From Polyangiaceae bacterium (GTDB lineage Bacteria > Myxococcota_A > Polyangia > Polyangiales > Polyangiaceae), in the NCBI GenBank assembly GCA_046351415.1, contig JAXLYO010000010.1, positions 217,234 to 281,233 of the forward strand: a stretch of DNA of 64,000 nt, read 5' to 3'. The position numbers were made by a program, and so were the translations under genes. The notes under the pieces are model-generated. The model was not told the origin of the DNA. It worked only from the letters and a program-made list of their open reading frames with translations, and made no database searches. Of this stretch, positions 46,237 to 55,597 are shown piece by piece (the first letter of the stretch is position 1; every line of letters starts with the position of its first letter).

Positions 46237-46993
46237 TCACGACGGTTGGAGCGACTGCACGTAGAGCGCCGCGTTGTATCGGCACGTGCTCACGTCCGCT
46301 TGCTTCATCGTCGTGTTCTTCTTCTTCTGCAGCGTCGTGCACAGGTCTCCGATCGCCGTGAGAGCTTCGGTGACGGGCTGCGCGGAGTTCGGCGCGATCG
46401 CCTTCGTCTCCGCCTTCACCCCCGTCTCGATGCATGCGAGCAGCTTGGCTGCCGCCATCGTTCGTCGAACTCCACTTAACGAAGCAGGTTTCCTGCATGC
46501 GGCCCCACGAACCGAACACGAGCGAGGAGTCGCGTGTGCCGCCCAGATTGCCGAACGACTGAAGGATTCGCGCGAGCCCTTCTTCCGTGTCGCGAAGGCA
46601 ATCTGCTTGCCGGTTCAAGCTCGGCCGCCCATTCGTGCTCGCGAAAGCAAGACACGCCGTTTCGGTCTTGGCGCGGAACGTCGCGAACTTCGCCTTCGTG
46701 GTTCCCGTCGCAGCGCCTTGGCGCGCGTCGATCGAAGAGAGGAGCTTGTCGTTCGCGGCCGCAACGCACTTCGCAGATTTGTCCGCGGCGGCAATGGCGC
46801 CGTCTGGATTGAGCGTCGAAGTCATTTCCTCGTCGAGGCACTTGCGGACGGCCTTGCCATGGCTCGTGGCGTTGGCCGCCGTGACGTTCTCCTCGCTGGG
46901 ACCTTCGCCATCATCGACGTCGGCTGCGCAGCCACCCAAGTGAAGAGAGACAAGGACAAGAGCGAGAGGAGAGAGTGAAGCGAGTGATTTCAT
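46237..46993 (-). pseudogene. lipoprotein gene interrupted by an apparent 1-nt frameshift near 46455-46470
   Basis: Frame 1 (MKSLASLSPLALVLVSLHLGGC...) has strong G/C third-position bias only down to ~46470. Downstream the bias moves to the frame of ORF 46237..46458 (AAAKLLACIETGVKAETK...YVQSLQPS). Confidence 0.5.
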
Positions 46994-47074
46994 GAAAACA
47001 CCCCTCAGCACGGAGGGTGCCATGCGCTTTTCTACGGAAATTCGACGAATATTGTGCGATACAACTGCAATTTT

Positions 47075-47102
47075 ACAGTTTCAACACATTCCATGAAACT
47101 GT
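47075..47102. promoter_or_regulatory. candidate operator: perfect 9-bp inverted repeat in an AT-rich divergent promoter region
   Basis: ACAGTTTCA (47075-47083), 10-nt spacer, TGAAACTGT (47094-47102). Flanked by direct CTGCAAT repeats at 47065 and 47118. Confidence 0.35.
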
Positions 47103-47201
47103 GAAATACTGGTGTAGCTGCAATCTACCGCTGGATCGATCGTCCCCCGCACAGGATGACATCGGAAAATCCTGCTCACTCAGAGTGCTACGCTTGGCGG
47201 C

Positions 47202-47699
47202 ATGCGTCCTCGGCTTCTGTTCCCGTTCGCGACCGTGGTCGCCACCTCGCTCGTTGTCGCATGCTCAAGCAGCAGTAGCTCTGGCGATACACCGACGTTC
47301 ACTGCGTCCGACGTCAAGCCCACCATCGAAGGCACGTGGAAAGGGGCGCTCGTCAAAGGAACCGAGAGCGCCCAGGGCACACTGACGCTCACGTACGCGC
47401 CTGCCTCTACCAATGTGAAAACCGCCTGTAGCAATCGAACGCTCAGCGAAGGTTCGGACCTCGCACCGCGGTGCATCGATGTCTCGACCCTTCCGCTCGC
47501 GGGCACGCTTACGCTGGAGAGCGTCTCGACGCCGCTTTCGGGGTCGATGATGGTGATGGAGCTCACCTATCGAGGACGAGGCGACGTCTCGCTACAAGAC
47601 TCCTCGAACAACCGTGTGAATGCCCAGCTCGAGAGCGGCAAGCTCACGGGCACTGCGACGCTTTCGAGTGGGACGTACGATTTCGTTCTCACGCGCTGA
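47202..47699 (+). CDS. hypothetical lipoprotein (165 aa)
   Basis: ATVVATSLVVAC lipobox followed by a Ser run; beta-rich sequence. Confidence 0.68.
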   Translation: MRPRLLFPFATVVATSLVVACSSSSSSGDTPTFTASDVKPTIEGTWKGALVKGTESAQGTLTLTYAPASTNVKTACSNRTLSEGSDLAPRCIDVSTLPLAGTLTLESVSTPLSGSMMVMELTYRGRGDVSLQDSSNNRVNAQLESGKLTGTATLSSGTYDFVLTR

Positions 47700-47748
47700 A
47701 GCTCCCACGCGGAAGGCCTTGCATTCAACAGCGTCGCGCCGAGCGCGC

Positions 47749-48510
47749 TCAAAACTCCATGGCGAGGCCGAGCGTCCAGGCCTTGGCGCCGACGCGCATC
47801 ACGTTGCTCTGGCCGAGTCCGTGGAGGTTCGCCCAATAGAGTTCACCGAAGACGTACGTGTGGTTGATGCCCACGTCGTTGTCGAGCGCACGCGCATGAT
47901 CGCGCTCGATGAAGTCGAGCTGGATCGCAGCACCGACGGCCAAGTGTTCGCCGAACGTGAAGCCTCTTCCAGCCACACCCTTGTCGTAGGTCGTTCCGTT
48001 GGGGCCGTATGCGCGCCAGAGGCCGAGGCCCAGGCCCGCCTTCGCATACGGAACGAGGGGAAACTTGAATTCGTTTGCGAACACGTCCACGCGAACGACG
48101 CCGACGAGATACATGGGGACGATCTCGAGCGACGTATCTTGGCCGGCGTAGCCCGGCGAATTCGCGAGCTTCGCAGGCGCAGAGAACGCGGTGTATCCGA
48201 TGCCGTACCCGATACCGACCGAACCAAAGTGCGGAATATGGAGGGGCTGGAAGTCGAGTTCGAGCGACGGCAAGAAGCGGAGCGAATCGCCGAAGGTCGT
48301 CGCAAACGGCGTCTTTCCCCCGAGGGAAGGCTCCGAGTCGATGTCTGGACTATACGTGCCGAGCCTCAATTCGAGGGCAAACCATTGCGGGGAGGCATAC
48401 TTCTTCGCGCGCTCCTCGGGGTCGCGCGCTTCCTCTGCGGAAGCCACCGCGGGGACGAGCAGGGCCACCGTCGCGACGACGACAGAGAACGCTTTCGTGA
48501 GAGGCGTCAT
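47749..48510 (-). CDS. outer-membrane beta-barrel protein (resembles the myxobacterial MXAN_2562-type family)
   Basis: Signal MTPLTKAFSVVVATVALLVPAVASA, alternating-strand pattern, and C-terminal WTLGLAMEF. Its ATG overlaps the upstream stop (ATGA). Confidence 0.72.
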   Translation of the reverse strand: MTPLTKAFSVVVATVALLVPAVASAEEARDPEERAKKYASPQWFALELRLGTYSPDIDSEPSLGGKTPFATTFGDSLRFLPSLELDFQPLHIPHFGSVGIGYGIGYTAFSAPAKLANSPGYAGQDTSLEIVPMYLVGVVRVDVFANEFKFPLVPYAKAGLGLGLWRAYGPNGTTYDKGVAGRGFTFGEHLAVGAAIQLDFIERDHARALDNDVGINHTYVFGELYWANLHGLGQSNVMRVGAKAWTLGLAMEF

Positions 48511-49721
48511 GGCACACTCCGTTTGGCGCTCTTGCGACGACGAACGACGTGGAGCACGACGAGGCCCGCAAATCCGCCGACGAGAGACACCGCCGGCGCA
48601 TCCGACGAGTGCATACTGCACCCACCTCCAGTGCCTCCCGAATCGCGATATGTCTCGAAGAAATCGATGACGTCGACGGGGGTGTCGCAGACGAGCTCGG
48701 ACAAGACGCCCGGATTTCCGTATTTGTCGACCGCGGCGATGCCGACGCGATAGTAGCTCCCGTTGACGAGCCCTTTGGCGCTGAGGCTACCCGCGCCGAG
48801 ACCCGCGACACTGCCGCAAGGCACCATGCCGACGGGCGCCTGTTTGCCCGGAGTGAGGACGCTACTCTTGCACGTGGAGGAGTTCGTATTGGTCGTGCCA
48901 CTGTCAGCCGCCGCGGCGCTGCCTGCATCCGAACTCGCGGTGCCGTCGACGCCCCCGTCCCCCGGATCAGCGGAGGCGTCGGCGGTGGAGAGCCCCGCGT
49001 CGGCATCGGCGACACTGCTGTCCGTGCCACCATCGGCCGCCGTGGCGGAGCTGACATCGCAATACGCGTTGTACGATTGAATATCGGACTGCTCCTTGCT
49101 CGATTTCCAGCTCAAGTTGAGGAGGCGATCCCCCGCTGTCACCTTCACTTCCGTCGGCGGGGCAGGTCCGACGGTATCGACGTTGAACGCTTGGCTCGCA
49201 GGTGTACCGGCAGGACTTCCGTCGCCCTTCACCCAGAAGATGTAGACCGAGATGGTCTGCTGGTTCTTGTCCGTACAGACGTCGGCGGTCGAAGGGCCTA
49301 CGTAGGAGTCCCCCTTCGTCTTGACGCTCGCCAGAATGTCGCGAACTTTGATGTTCGGCGTCGTCGACTGCACGCGAGGAAGGGTGCCACTCAAGACGCG
49401 CCAACATACCTGGGTCGCCGCGGTGCGCGCAGGGAGCGGACTGCAGTCTTGGGCGCCCGCCCAAACTTGCGCGCTGACCGACGTGTCGAAGCCGGCAAGC
49501 GTCACGGGAATGTCGTACGAGCGATCATTCACGCAATCTTCGAGGTTGATGTCCGTCAGCTTGAGGCTCGTCGGGCGACCTGGAGCGGCCTTCCCATCCG
49601 CGTCCCTCCGCACGAGCTGCGGATTGATCGTCACCGTTTGCGCATGCGCGGTCGCTTCGCTGAGGAGGCTCGCGAGTGCCAGAACGAGCGCAAGGAACGG
49701 CAGAAAAAGCTTGGACCGCAT
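48507..49721 (-). CDS. MYXO-CTERM-anchored surface protein (resembles the MXAN_2561-type family)
   Basis: Signal MRSKLFLPFLALVLALASLL. Tail GGTGGGCSMHSSDAPAVSLVGGFAGLVVLHVVRRRK is a classic MYXO-CTERM pattern. Confidence 0.78.
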   Translation of the reverse strand: MRSKLFLPFLALVLALASLLSEATAHAQTVTINPQLVRRDADGKAAPGRPTSLKLTDINLEDCVNDRSYDIPVTLAGFDTSVSAQVWAGAQDCSPLPARTAATQVCWRVLSGTLPRVQSTTPNIKVRDILASVKTKGDSYVGPSTADVCTDKNQQTISVYIFWVKGDGSPAGTPASQAFNVDTVGPAPPTEVKVTAGDRLLNLSWKSSKEQSDIQSYNAYCDVSSATAADGGTDSSVADADAGLSTADASADPGDGGVDGTASSDAGSAAAADSGTTNTNSSTCKSSVLTPGKQAPVGMVPCGSVAGLGAGSLSAKGLVNGSYYRVGIAAVDKYGNPGVLSELVCDTPVDVIDFFETYRDSGGTGGGCSMHSSDAPAVSLVGGFAGLVVLHVVRRRKSAKRSVP

Positions 49722-49954
49722 GAGAGGGATGACGGAGGGTGTTAGCATAGGTCGTGCCAAGCGTAACCGTTTGTGTTGCGCGCCAATTCCCTCGAATTGT
49801 TGGGCAAATTGGCGCTTTGCGAGTCCGCAGAGGTGGCCCCGGTGGGCCCTTCCGCTCCCTTTTTGTCACGAGCGCCCCTCCCTCCCCTTGCCCCGGACAA
49901 CTTGTCATTTCCATCGCGCGGGTGGCTTTGCCCGCGCTAAGAGAAGATCGCACC

Positions 49955-51163
49955 ATGCACGTCATTCCGGCCCACCAAGGTAGACCGACCGATGATCCGA
50001 TCTTTGCGCTGAACCGCGAAGCAACCACCCGCGCGAAAGCGGGCGAGTCGATCATCAACGCGACGCTCGGCGCCGCCATGGACGATAGTGGCAAGCTCGC
50101 CATCTTGAAGACGGCGGTCCAAGCGGTTCGCGAAGTGGGCGAAGAGACATTCGCGGGCTACGCGCCCATCACCGGTGCACCAGCGTTCAACAACGCCGTC
50201 ATGGACGACCTCTTCGGCGACGAGCCCGAGCTTCGCGCAGCTGCCATCGCGGCCGCGACGCCAGGCGGAACGGGTGCGCTGAGACATGCAGTCTGCAACT
50301 TTCTCGAGCCGGGCCAGGCGCTCCTCACGACGAACTACTTCTGGGGCCCGTACCAAACCATCGCCGATGAGGCCGATCGCAAGGTCGAAACGTTCGAGAT
50401 GTTCGCGGCCGATGGCACATTCGACGTGGGGGCGCTCGACGCAGCCATCGACAGGCAGCTCTCGACGCAGAAGCGTGTACTCCTCTTCTTGAACGACCCC
50501 TGCCACAACCCGACTGGGTTCTCGATGCACGGAGACGAGTGGCGCAAGGTCGCCGAAGTCCTTGCCAAGCATGCGAGCTCGGGACGCGGCTCCGTTACTT
50601 TGCTTTGCGATACGGCCTACACGGCCTACAGCGCCGGCCATCCGCGGGCCTTTTTGAAAGAGCTTCGTCCCCTTCTCGGAAAGGTCGCGCTCCTCTTCGC
50701 TTGGAGCGCATCGAAGACATACACGATGTATGGCCTACGCGTGGGCGCCATCGTGGCATGCATCGCGGACGAGGCCGAACGCAAGGCGACCGAGGCGGCC
50801 TTCGCCTACTCGTGCCGCGGCACATGGTCGAACTGCAACCACGGAGGGCTCGCGGCGGTCACACGACTCCTCACCGACCCTGCCCTTCGAAGCGCATGCG
50901 ATGCCGAACGGAGCGTACTCAAAGACACGCTCTTCAAGCGCGTCGCGGCTTTCAACCGGGCCGCGGCCCCCGCACAGCTCAAGTACCCGCGTTACGAAGG
51001 AGGCTTCTTCGTGACGGTCTTCGCCCCGGATGCTGCCGAGCGCGCCGTTCGCATGAAGGAAAAGGGCGTATTCGTCGTCCCGCAGAAGGCCGCGCTCCGC
51101 GTTGCGCTCTGTTCGGTTCGCGAAGCCGACGTCGAACGCCTCGTCGACGCACTCAAGAGCTGA
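49955..51163 (+). CDS. class I (aspartate/aromatic-type) PLP-dependent aminotransferase
   Basis: GYAPITG, TPGGTGAL, NDPCHNPTG and SASKTYTMYGLRVG (PLP Lys) motifs. Confidence 0.86.
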   Translation: MHVIPAHQGRPTDDPIFALNREATTRAKAGESIINATLGAAMDDSGKLAILKTAVQAVREVGEETFAGYAPITGAPAFNNAVMDDLFGDEPELRAAAIAAATPGGTGALRHAVCNFLEPGQALLTTNYFWGPYQTIADEADRKVETFEMFAADGTFDVGALDAAIDRQLSTQKRVLLFLNDPCHNPTGFSMHGDEWRKVAEVLAKHASSGRGSVTLLCDTAYTAYSAGHPRAFLKELRPLLGKVALLFAWSASKTYTMYGLRVGAIVACIADEAERKATEAAFAYSCRGTWSNCNHGGLAAVTRLLTDPALRSACDAERSVLKDTLFKRVAAFNRAAAPAQLKYPRYEGGFFVTVFAPDAAERAVRMKEKGVFVVPQKAALRVALCSVREADVERLVDALKS

Positions 51164-51193
51164 GCGACCTCGCCCCCGGGCGCTCGACCGGCT

Positions 51194-51457
51194 TTAGCTC
51201 GCAGCGCTGACCATGGGCATGAGCTTGCCGGCGCGGTCGAGAGCGTGGAGTTCGTCGGAACCTCCGATGGCTTCGTCGCCAATGAAGATTTGCGGCACGG
51301 TCCGGCGCCCCGTCGCCTCGACGAGCCATGCACGCTTCTCGTCGTCGCGGGTCACGTCGATTTCCTCGAAGGCGATGCCACGCTTCTTCAGGAGCTCCTT
51401 CGCGCGAACGCAATAGGCGCAGAACGTGGTGACGTAGACTTTCACGGGAACAGCCAT
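51194..51457 (-). CDS. grxC: glutaredoxin (Grx3-like) with CAYC active site
   Basis: VKVYVTTFCAYCVRAKELL...RRTVPQIFIGDEAIGGSDEL is the glutaredoxin fold signature (TVP, GG.DD/E). Confidence 0.82.
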   Translation of the reverse strand: MAVPVKVYVTTFCAYCVRAKELLKKRGIAFEEIDVTRDDEKRAWLVEATGRRTVPQIFIGDEAIGGSDELHALDRAGKLMPMVSAAS

Positions 51458-51539
51458 GGAAACAGCCTAAGCACCGGTTCGCGCACGCGCAAGACAGCAG
51501 ACGCGCGGCGCCCGGCGCGCTACGCTGGAGCCCGCAAAT

Positions 51540-54137
51540 ATGGCCAACCTTCAACTCGAGCGATACGCTCCGGACGCAAAGGCACTCGTCGCTGGTTCTC
51601 AAACCCTTGCCGACGAACGCGGGCATGCCCAAGTCGAACCGATTCACCTCCTTGCACGCGCGATCGATCGCGACAAAGGGGTGTGCGAGGTTTTCAAGGC
51701 CGCGGGCGTCAATCCGCAAGAAGCCGCTGCCGAAGCGGAAACCCAGCTCGCCCGATTGCCGAAAACCGGCGAGAAGCTCGCGTACCTTTCGACGGCCATG
51801 CTGGCTCTCTTGGGCCGAGCCGAGAAGGAGGCGGACAAGGGCACCGTCGGCGTCGAACATCTCCTGAATGCGCTCTCCCAAGAGATTCGCGGCGCCGCTG
51901 CCGTCGTTCTCCAAGCGTTTGCTCTCGGGCCCGGGTCCTTTCGCCCGCACATGGCGAAGTTGACGAGCGTTCCCCGTGACGTAACGACGGCCGGTTCGTC
52001 CGGCGGAGACACGCCGAACAAGTACGTGAGGGACCTCGTCGCACTCGCGAAATCCAGCAGCTTCGATCCCGTCATCGGCCGAGACGTCGAGGTGCGACGG
52101 CTTTTGCAAATCCTCGAGCGCCGACAGAAGAACCATCCGATGCTCATCGGCGATGCCGGCGTCGGCAAGACCGCCATCGTCCGCGCCCTGGCCATGCGCA
52201 TCGCAGCAGGCGAGGTCCCCCACAACCTCATGCAAACCGCCATCCTCGAGCTCGAGACGGGCGCGCTCATGGCAGGTGCGAAGCTCCGCGGCGAAATCGA
52301 AGACCGCCTGAAGCAAGTCATCGCCAGCGTAAGACAGAACCCGGGTGACGCCGTGTTGTATATTGCAGGTATCGACTCGCTCTTCGGTCAAGGCCAAGGG
52401 GCGGGCAGCCTCGGAGAATTCCTGAAGCCTCTCTTGGCGCGCGGTGAGGTCCGCATTCTGGCAGACACCACCGTCGACGGCAGAAAACGACTCGAAGAGC
52501 GCGACCAGGGCTTCCTTCGCCGCTTCACGCCGCTCGCGATCGAACACCCGACGCCAGAGCAGGCCGTCGAAATTCTTCGCGGAGTCGCAACGCGCTACGA
52601 GGCACATCACAGCGTGCGCATCGGTGACCCGGCGGTCATTGCAGCGGTTCGCCTGGCGAAGCGTTACATTCAAGACCGCGCCCTTCCAGACAGCGCCATC
52701 GACTTGCTCGACGAAGCGTCGGCACGGAAGCGCGTCGAGCTCGAGGGCATCCCCGCCGAGATGGACGACGCCATTCGCCGCCTCTCTTCGCTCGAAGCGC
52801 AGCGCGCCGCACTCCTGGACGATACGGACGCCGCGAGCGAAAAGACGCGCAAGCTGCTCGAAAAGGAAATCGCCGAGCTCGGTCCGAAGGTGTCGGGAAT
52901 GCGCACGCGACTCGATTCTCGCCGGGGAGCCCTCGCCGCGCAGAGCTCAATCAAAGAAGAGCTTGCCAAGGTCACCGCGGAGCTCGAACAGGCCCGAGAG
53001 AAGAAGGACTTCGCGAAGCTCGGTGAACTCGAGCACGTGAAGCTTCCGGAGATCAAGAAGCGCCTCGAAGCTGCTGACGCCGCGGCAAAGGAGCACACCG
53101 CGGGCGCCCATGCGGTGCGCGACGTGCTCGAAGAAGACGTCGCGATCGTGCTCGGCGACTGGACGGGCATTCCGGTTGCACGCATGCTCGAAGCAGAGTC
53201 CGACAAACTCATGCAGATGGAAGGTCGACTCGGCAAGCGCGTTGTCGGCCAAGACGAAGCGGTGCGTGCGGTGTCACGTGCGGTGCGACGTGGTCGCGTT
53301 GGTCTGCGCGACCCAGGAAAGCCCATCGGAAGCTTCCTCTTCTTGGGTCCGAGCGGCGTCGGTAAGACCGAGCTTGCCAAAGCGCTCGCCGAGTTCTTGT
53401 TCGACGACGAGCAAGCCATGACACGCCTCGACATGAGCGAGTTCATGGAAAAGCACATGGCCCAGCGCCTCGTCGGTGCACCACCAGGCTACGTCGACAG
53501 CGAAGAGGGCGGCTTCCTCACGGAAGCGGTTCGTAGGCGCCCCTATAGCGTCCTTCTCTTCGACGAGGTCGAAAAGGCGCACAGCGACGTGTTCAATCTG
53601 CTGCTGCAGGTTCTCGACGATGGCCGCCTCACGGACGGACGCGGGCGGACGGCGGACTTTTCGAACACGGTCGTCATCATGACGAGCAACATCGGGTCGA
53701 CGCGCATTCTGGAGACAGACCCGAAGCTCTTCGAGTCCCAAGACGGACGCGACGCCCTTCGTGACGTCCTGCTCTCGGAACTCCGCAACTTCTTGCGCCC
53801 CGAGTTTCTGAACCGCATCGACGACATCGTCGTGTTCCGCCCGCTCATGAAGTCCGACCTTCGCGGAATCGTCGACATCCAACTGAAGCGCCTCGACAAG
53901 CTTCTCGTCGATCGCGAGGTGAAACTCGAGCTCACGGAAGCGGCGAAGATGCAGCTCGTCGAGCTTGGCTACGAGCCCGCGTTCGGTGCAAGGCCGCTGA
54001 AGCGCGCGATCTTGAAGAACTTGCAAGACCCGCTCGCAGAAGAAATCCTGGCGGGAGGTTACGCGCCCGGGAGCACGGTACGCGTCGACGTCAAGAACGA
54101 GACCTTCACCTTCGAGAAGGGTGGCAGCTCGTCGTGA
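51540..54137 (+). CDS. clpB: ATP-dependent chaperone ClpB
   Basis: Clp N-domain; two AAA+ modules (GDAGVGKTAIV, GPSGVGKTELAK) separated by a long coiled-coil M-domain; 865 aa. Confidence 0.95.
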   Translation: MANLQLERYAPDAKALVAGSQTLADERGHAQVEPIHLLARAIDRDKGVCEVFKAAGVNPQEAAAEAETQLARLPKTGEKLAYLSTAMLALLGRAEKEADKGTVGVEHLLNALSQEIRGAAAVVLQAFALGPGSFRPHMAKLTSVPRDVTTAGSSGGDTPNKYVRDLVALAKSSSFDPVIGRDVEVRRLLQILERRQKNHPMLIGDAGVGKTAIVRALAMRIAAGEVPHNLMQTAILELETGALMAGAKLRGEIEDRLKQVIASVRQNPGDAVLYIAGIDSLFGQGQGAGSLGEFLKPLLARGEVRILADTTVDGRKRLEERDQGFLRRFTPLAIEHPTPEQAVEILRGVATRYEAHHSVRIGDPAVIAAVRLAKRYIQDRALPDSAIDLLDEASARKRVELEGIPAEMDDAIRRLSSLEAQRAALLDDTDAASEKTRKLLEKEIAELGPKVSGMRTRLDSRRGALAAQSSIKEELAKVTAELEQAREKKDFAKLGELEHVKLPEIKKRLEAADAAAKEHTAGAHAVRDVLEEDVAIVLGDWTGIPVARMLEAESDKLMQMEGRLGKRVVGQDEAVRAVSRAVRRGRVGLRDPGKPIGSFLFLGPSGVGKTELAKALAEFLFDDEQAMTRLDMSEFMEKHMAQRLVGAPPGYVDSEEGGFLTEAVRRRPYSVLLFDEVEKAHSDVFNLLLQVLDDGRLTDGRGRTADFSNTVVIMTSNIGSTRILETDPKLFESQDGRDALRDVLLSELRNFLRPEFLNRIDDIVVFRPLMKSDLRGIVDIQLKRLDKLLVDREVKLELTEAAKMQLVELGYEPAFGARPLKRAILKNLQDPLAEEILAGGYAPGSTVRVDVKNETFTFEKGGSSS

Positions 54138-55597
54138 AAGTTCATCTCGTCGGCATTTGCGGCAGTGGCATGAGCCAGCTCGCTCGCCTATTTCGTGAAG
54201 CAGGGCATGAAGTGCGAGGCTCGGACGTATCGTTCGACCCGCCCTCTGGTCCCGAGCTCGAGCGCCTCGGCATTCACATGTACAAGGGCTACGCTGCAGA
54301 AAACCTCGCGTGGAGCCCAGACACGGTGGTGGTCGGAAACGCGATTCGACGGGACAACCCGGAGGCCGTGGCCGTTGCAGAACGCGCGTCGCGTGGAGAA
54401 GTCACCTCACTCGGCATGTCCGAAGCGCTGCGTACGCACTTCCTCTCTGGAAGGCGCGCAGTCATCGCTGCGGGAACGCACGGCAAGACGACGACGTCTT
54501 CCTTGCTCGCGCATCTTCTTTTGCGCGCAGATCTCGAGCCCGGTTACTTCATCGGGGGCGCACCGAAAGACTTGCCCGGCGGCGCAGCAATCGGTCGAAC
54601 CAAGGCTGTGCTCACATCGGGCTCGCTGAAGAAGAGTCCCTTCGTCATCGAGGGCGACGAGTATGACGCCGTCTACTGGAAGAAAGAGCCCAAGTTCCTC
54701 GACTACGTCGGTGTGTCAGCCGATGACGTCGTGATCTTGACGAGCATCGAACACGACCACATCGACATCTACCCGAACAAGGAAGCCTACCTCGCGGCAT
54801 TCGAGAAGCTCGCACGCGCCGTTCCCGCAGGAGGCATGCTCGTCTGCGCTGCTCACGACCCCGAGGTGCGCGCCATCGCGAAGTCGTGCGCGGGTCGCGT
54901 CGTCTACTACGCCCTCGATCGCGACGATTGCGGTGACATTACACCTACCTGGCTCGGGGCAACCGCGCCCATCGACGACGCTGGCATCCAGAGCTTCGAC
55001 CTGTTCGCGGGCGGCGTTTCGGCGGGCCGTTTCTCGATGCGCATACCGGGTGAGCACAACGTGCGCAACGCCATCGCTGCGATCGCTGCACTGACGGAAG
55101 GCTTCCAGGTGCCGTTCTCGACGATTCGTGCGGGTCTTGCGACCTTCACCGGTGTAAGGCGACGACAAGACTTGCTCGGCGAGCCGGGCGGCGTCCGCGT
55201 CTACGATGACTTCGCGCATCACCCGACCGCGGTGAACGAGACCCTGCGGGCGCTGCGAAACAAGCATCGAAGCGGAAAGCTGTTCGCGGTGTTCGAGCCG
55301 CGCAGCGCGACGGCATGCCGCGCCCTGCATCAGGCGGAATACCCCAAGTCGTTCGACGCCGCCGACGTCGTGATGTTTGCGCCGCTCGGTCGCACGACGA
55401 TTCCCGAGGGTGAACGCCTCGACCTCCCGCGCCTCGCGAACGACCTCGGGCCCAAGGCCCGCGTCACGAGCGGGGTCGACGAAATCGTCTCGGCCCTCCA
55501 GGCCAGCGCCAAGCCGGGCGACACGATCGCGATTCTTTCGAACGGCGCCTTCGGGAACATCTACGACAAGCTCTTGCGCTCTCTCGGAGGGTCGTGA
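54134..55597 (+). CDS. mpl: UDP-N-acetylmuramate:L-alanyl-gamma-D-glutamyl-meso-diaminopimelate ligase
   Basis: VGICGSGMSQLA, AGTHGKTTT, IEGDEYD, EHDHIDIY, YDDFAHHPTA and ILSNGAFGNIYDKLL, collinear with E. coli Mpl as I recall it. GTGA overlap with clpB. Confidence 0.85.
   Translation: MKVHLVGICGSGMSQLARLFREAGHEVRGSDVSFDPPSGPELERLGIHMYKGYAAENLAWSPDTVVVGNAIRRDNPEAVAVAERASRGEVTSLGMSEALRTHFLSGRRAVIAAGTHGKTTTSSLLAHLLLRADLEPGYFIGGAPKDLPGGAAIGRTKAVLTSGSLKKSPFVIEGDEYDAVYWKKEPKFLDYVGVSADDVVILTSIEHDHIDIYPNKEAYLAAFEKLARAVPAGGMLVCAAHDPEVRAIAKSCAGRVVYYALDRDDCGDITPTWLGATAPIDDAGIQSFDLFAGGVSAGRFSMRIPGEHNVRNAIAAIAALTEGFQVPFSTIRAGLATFTGVRRRQDLLGEPGGVRVYDDFAHHPTAVNETLRALRNKHRSGKLFAVFEPRSATACRALHQAEYPKSFDAADVVMFAPLGRTTIPEGERLDLPRLANDLGPKARVTSGVDEIVSALQASAKPGDTIAILSNGAFGNIYDKLLRSLGGS

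Noticed and set aside
45880-47201. Possible integrated mobile element at the tRNA-Arg locus
   Set aside because: There is no integrase, transposase or phage gene and no convincing repeat of the tRNA 3' end. Only a frameshifted lipoprotein gene and an AT-rich spacer are present.
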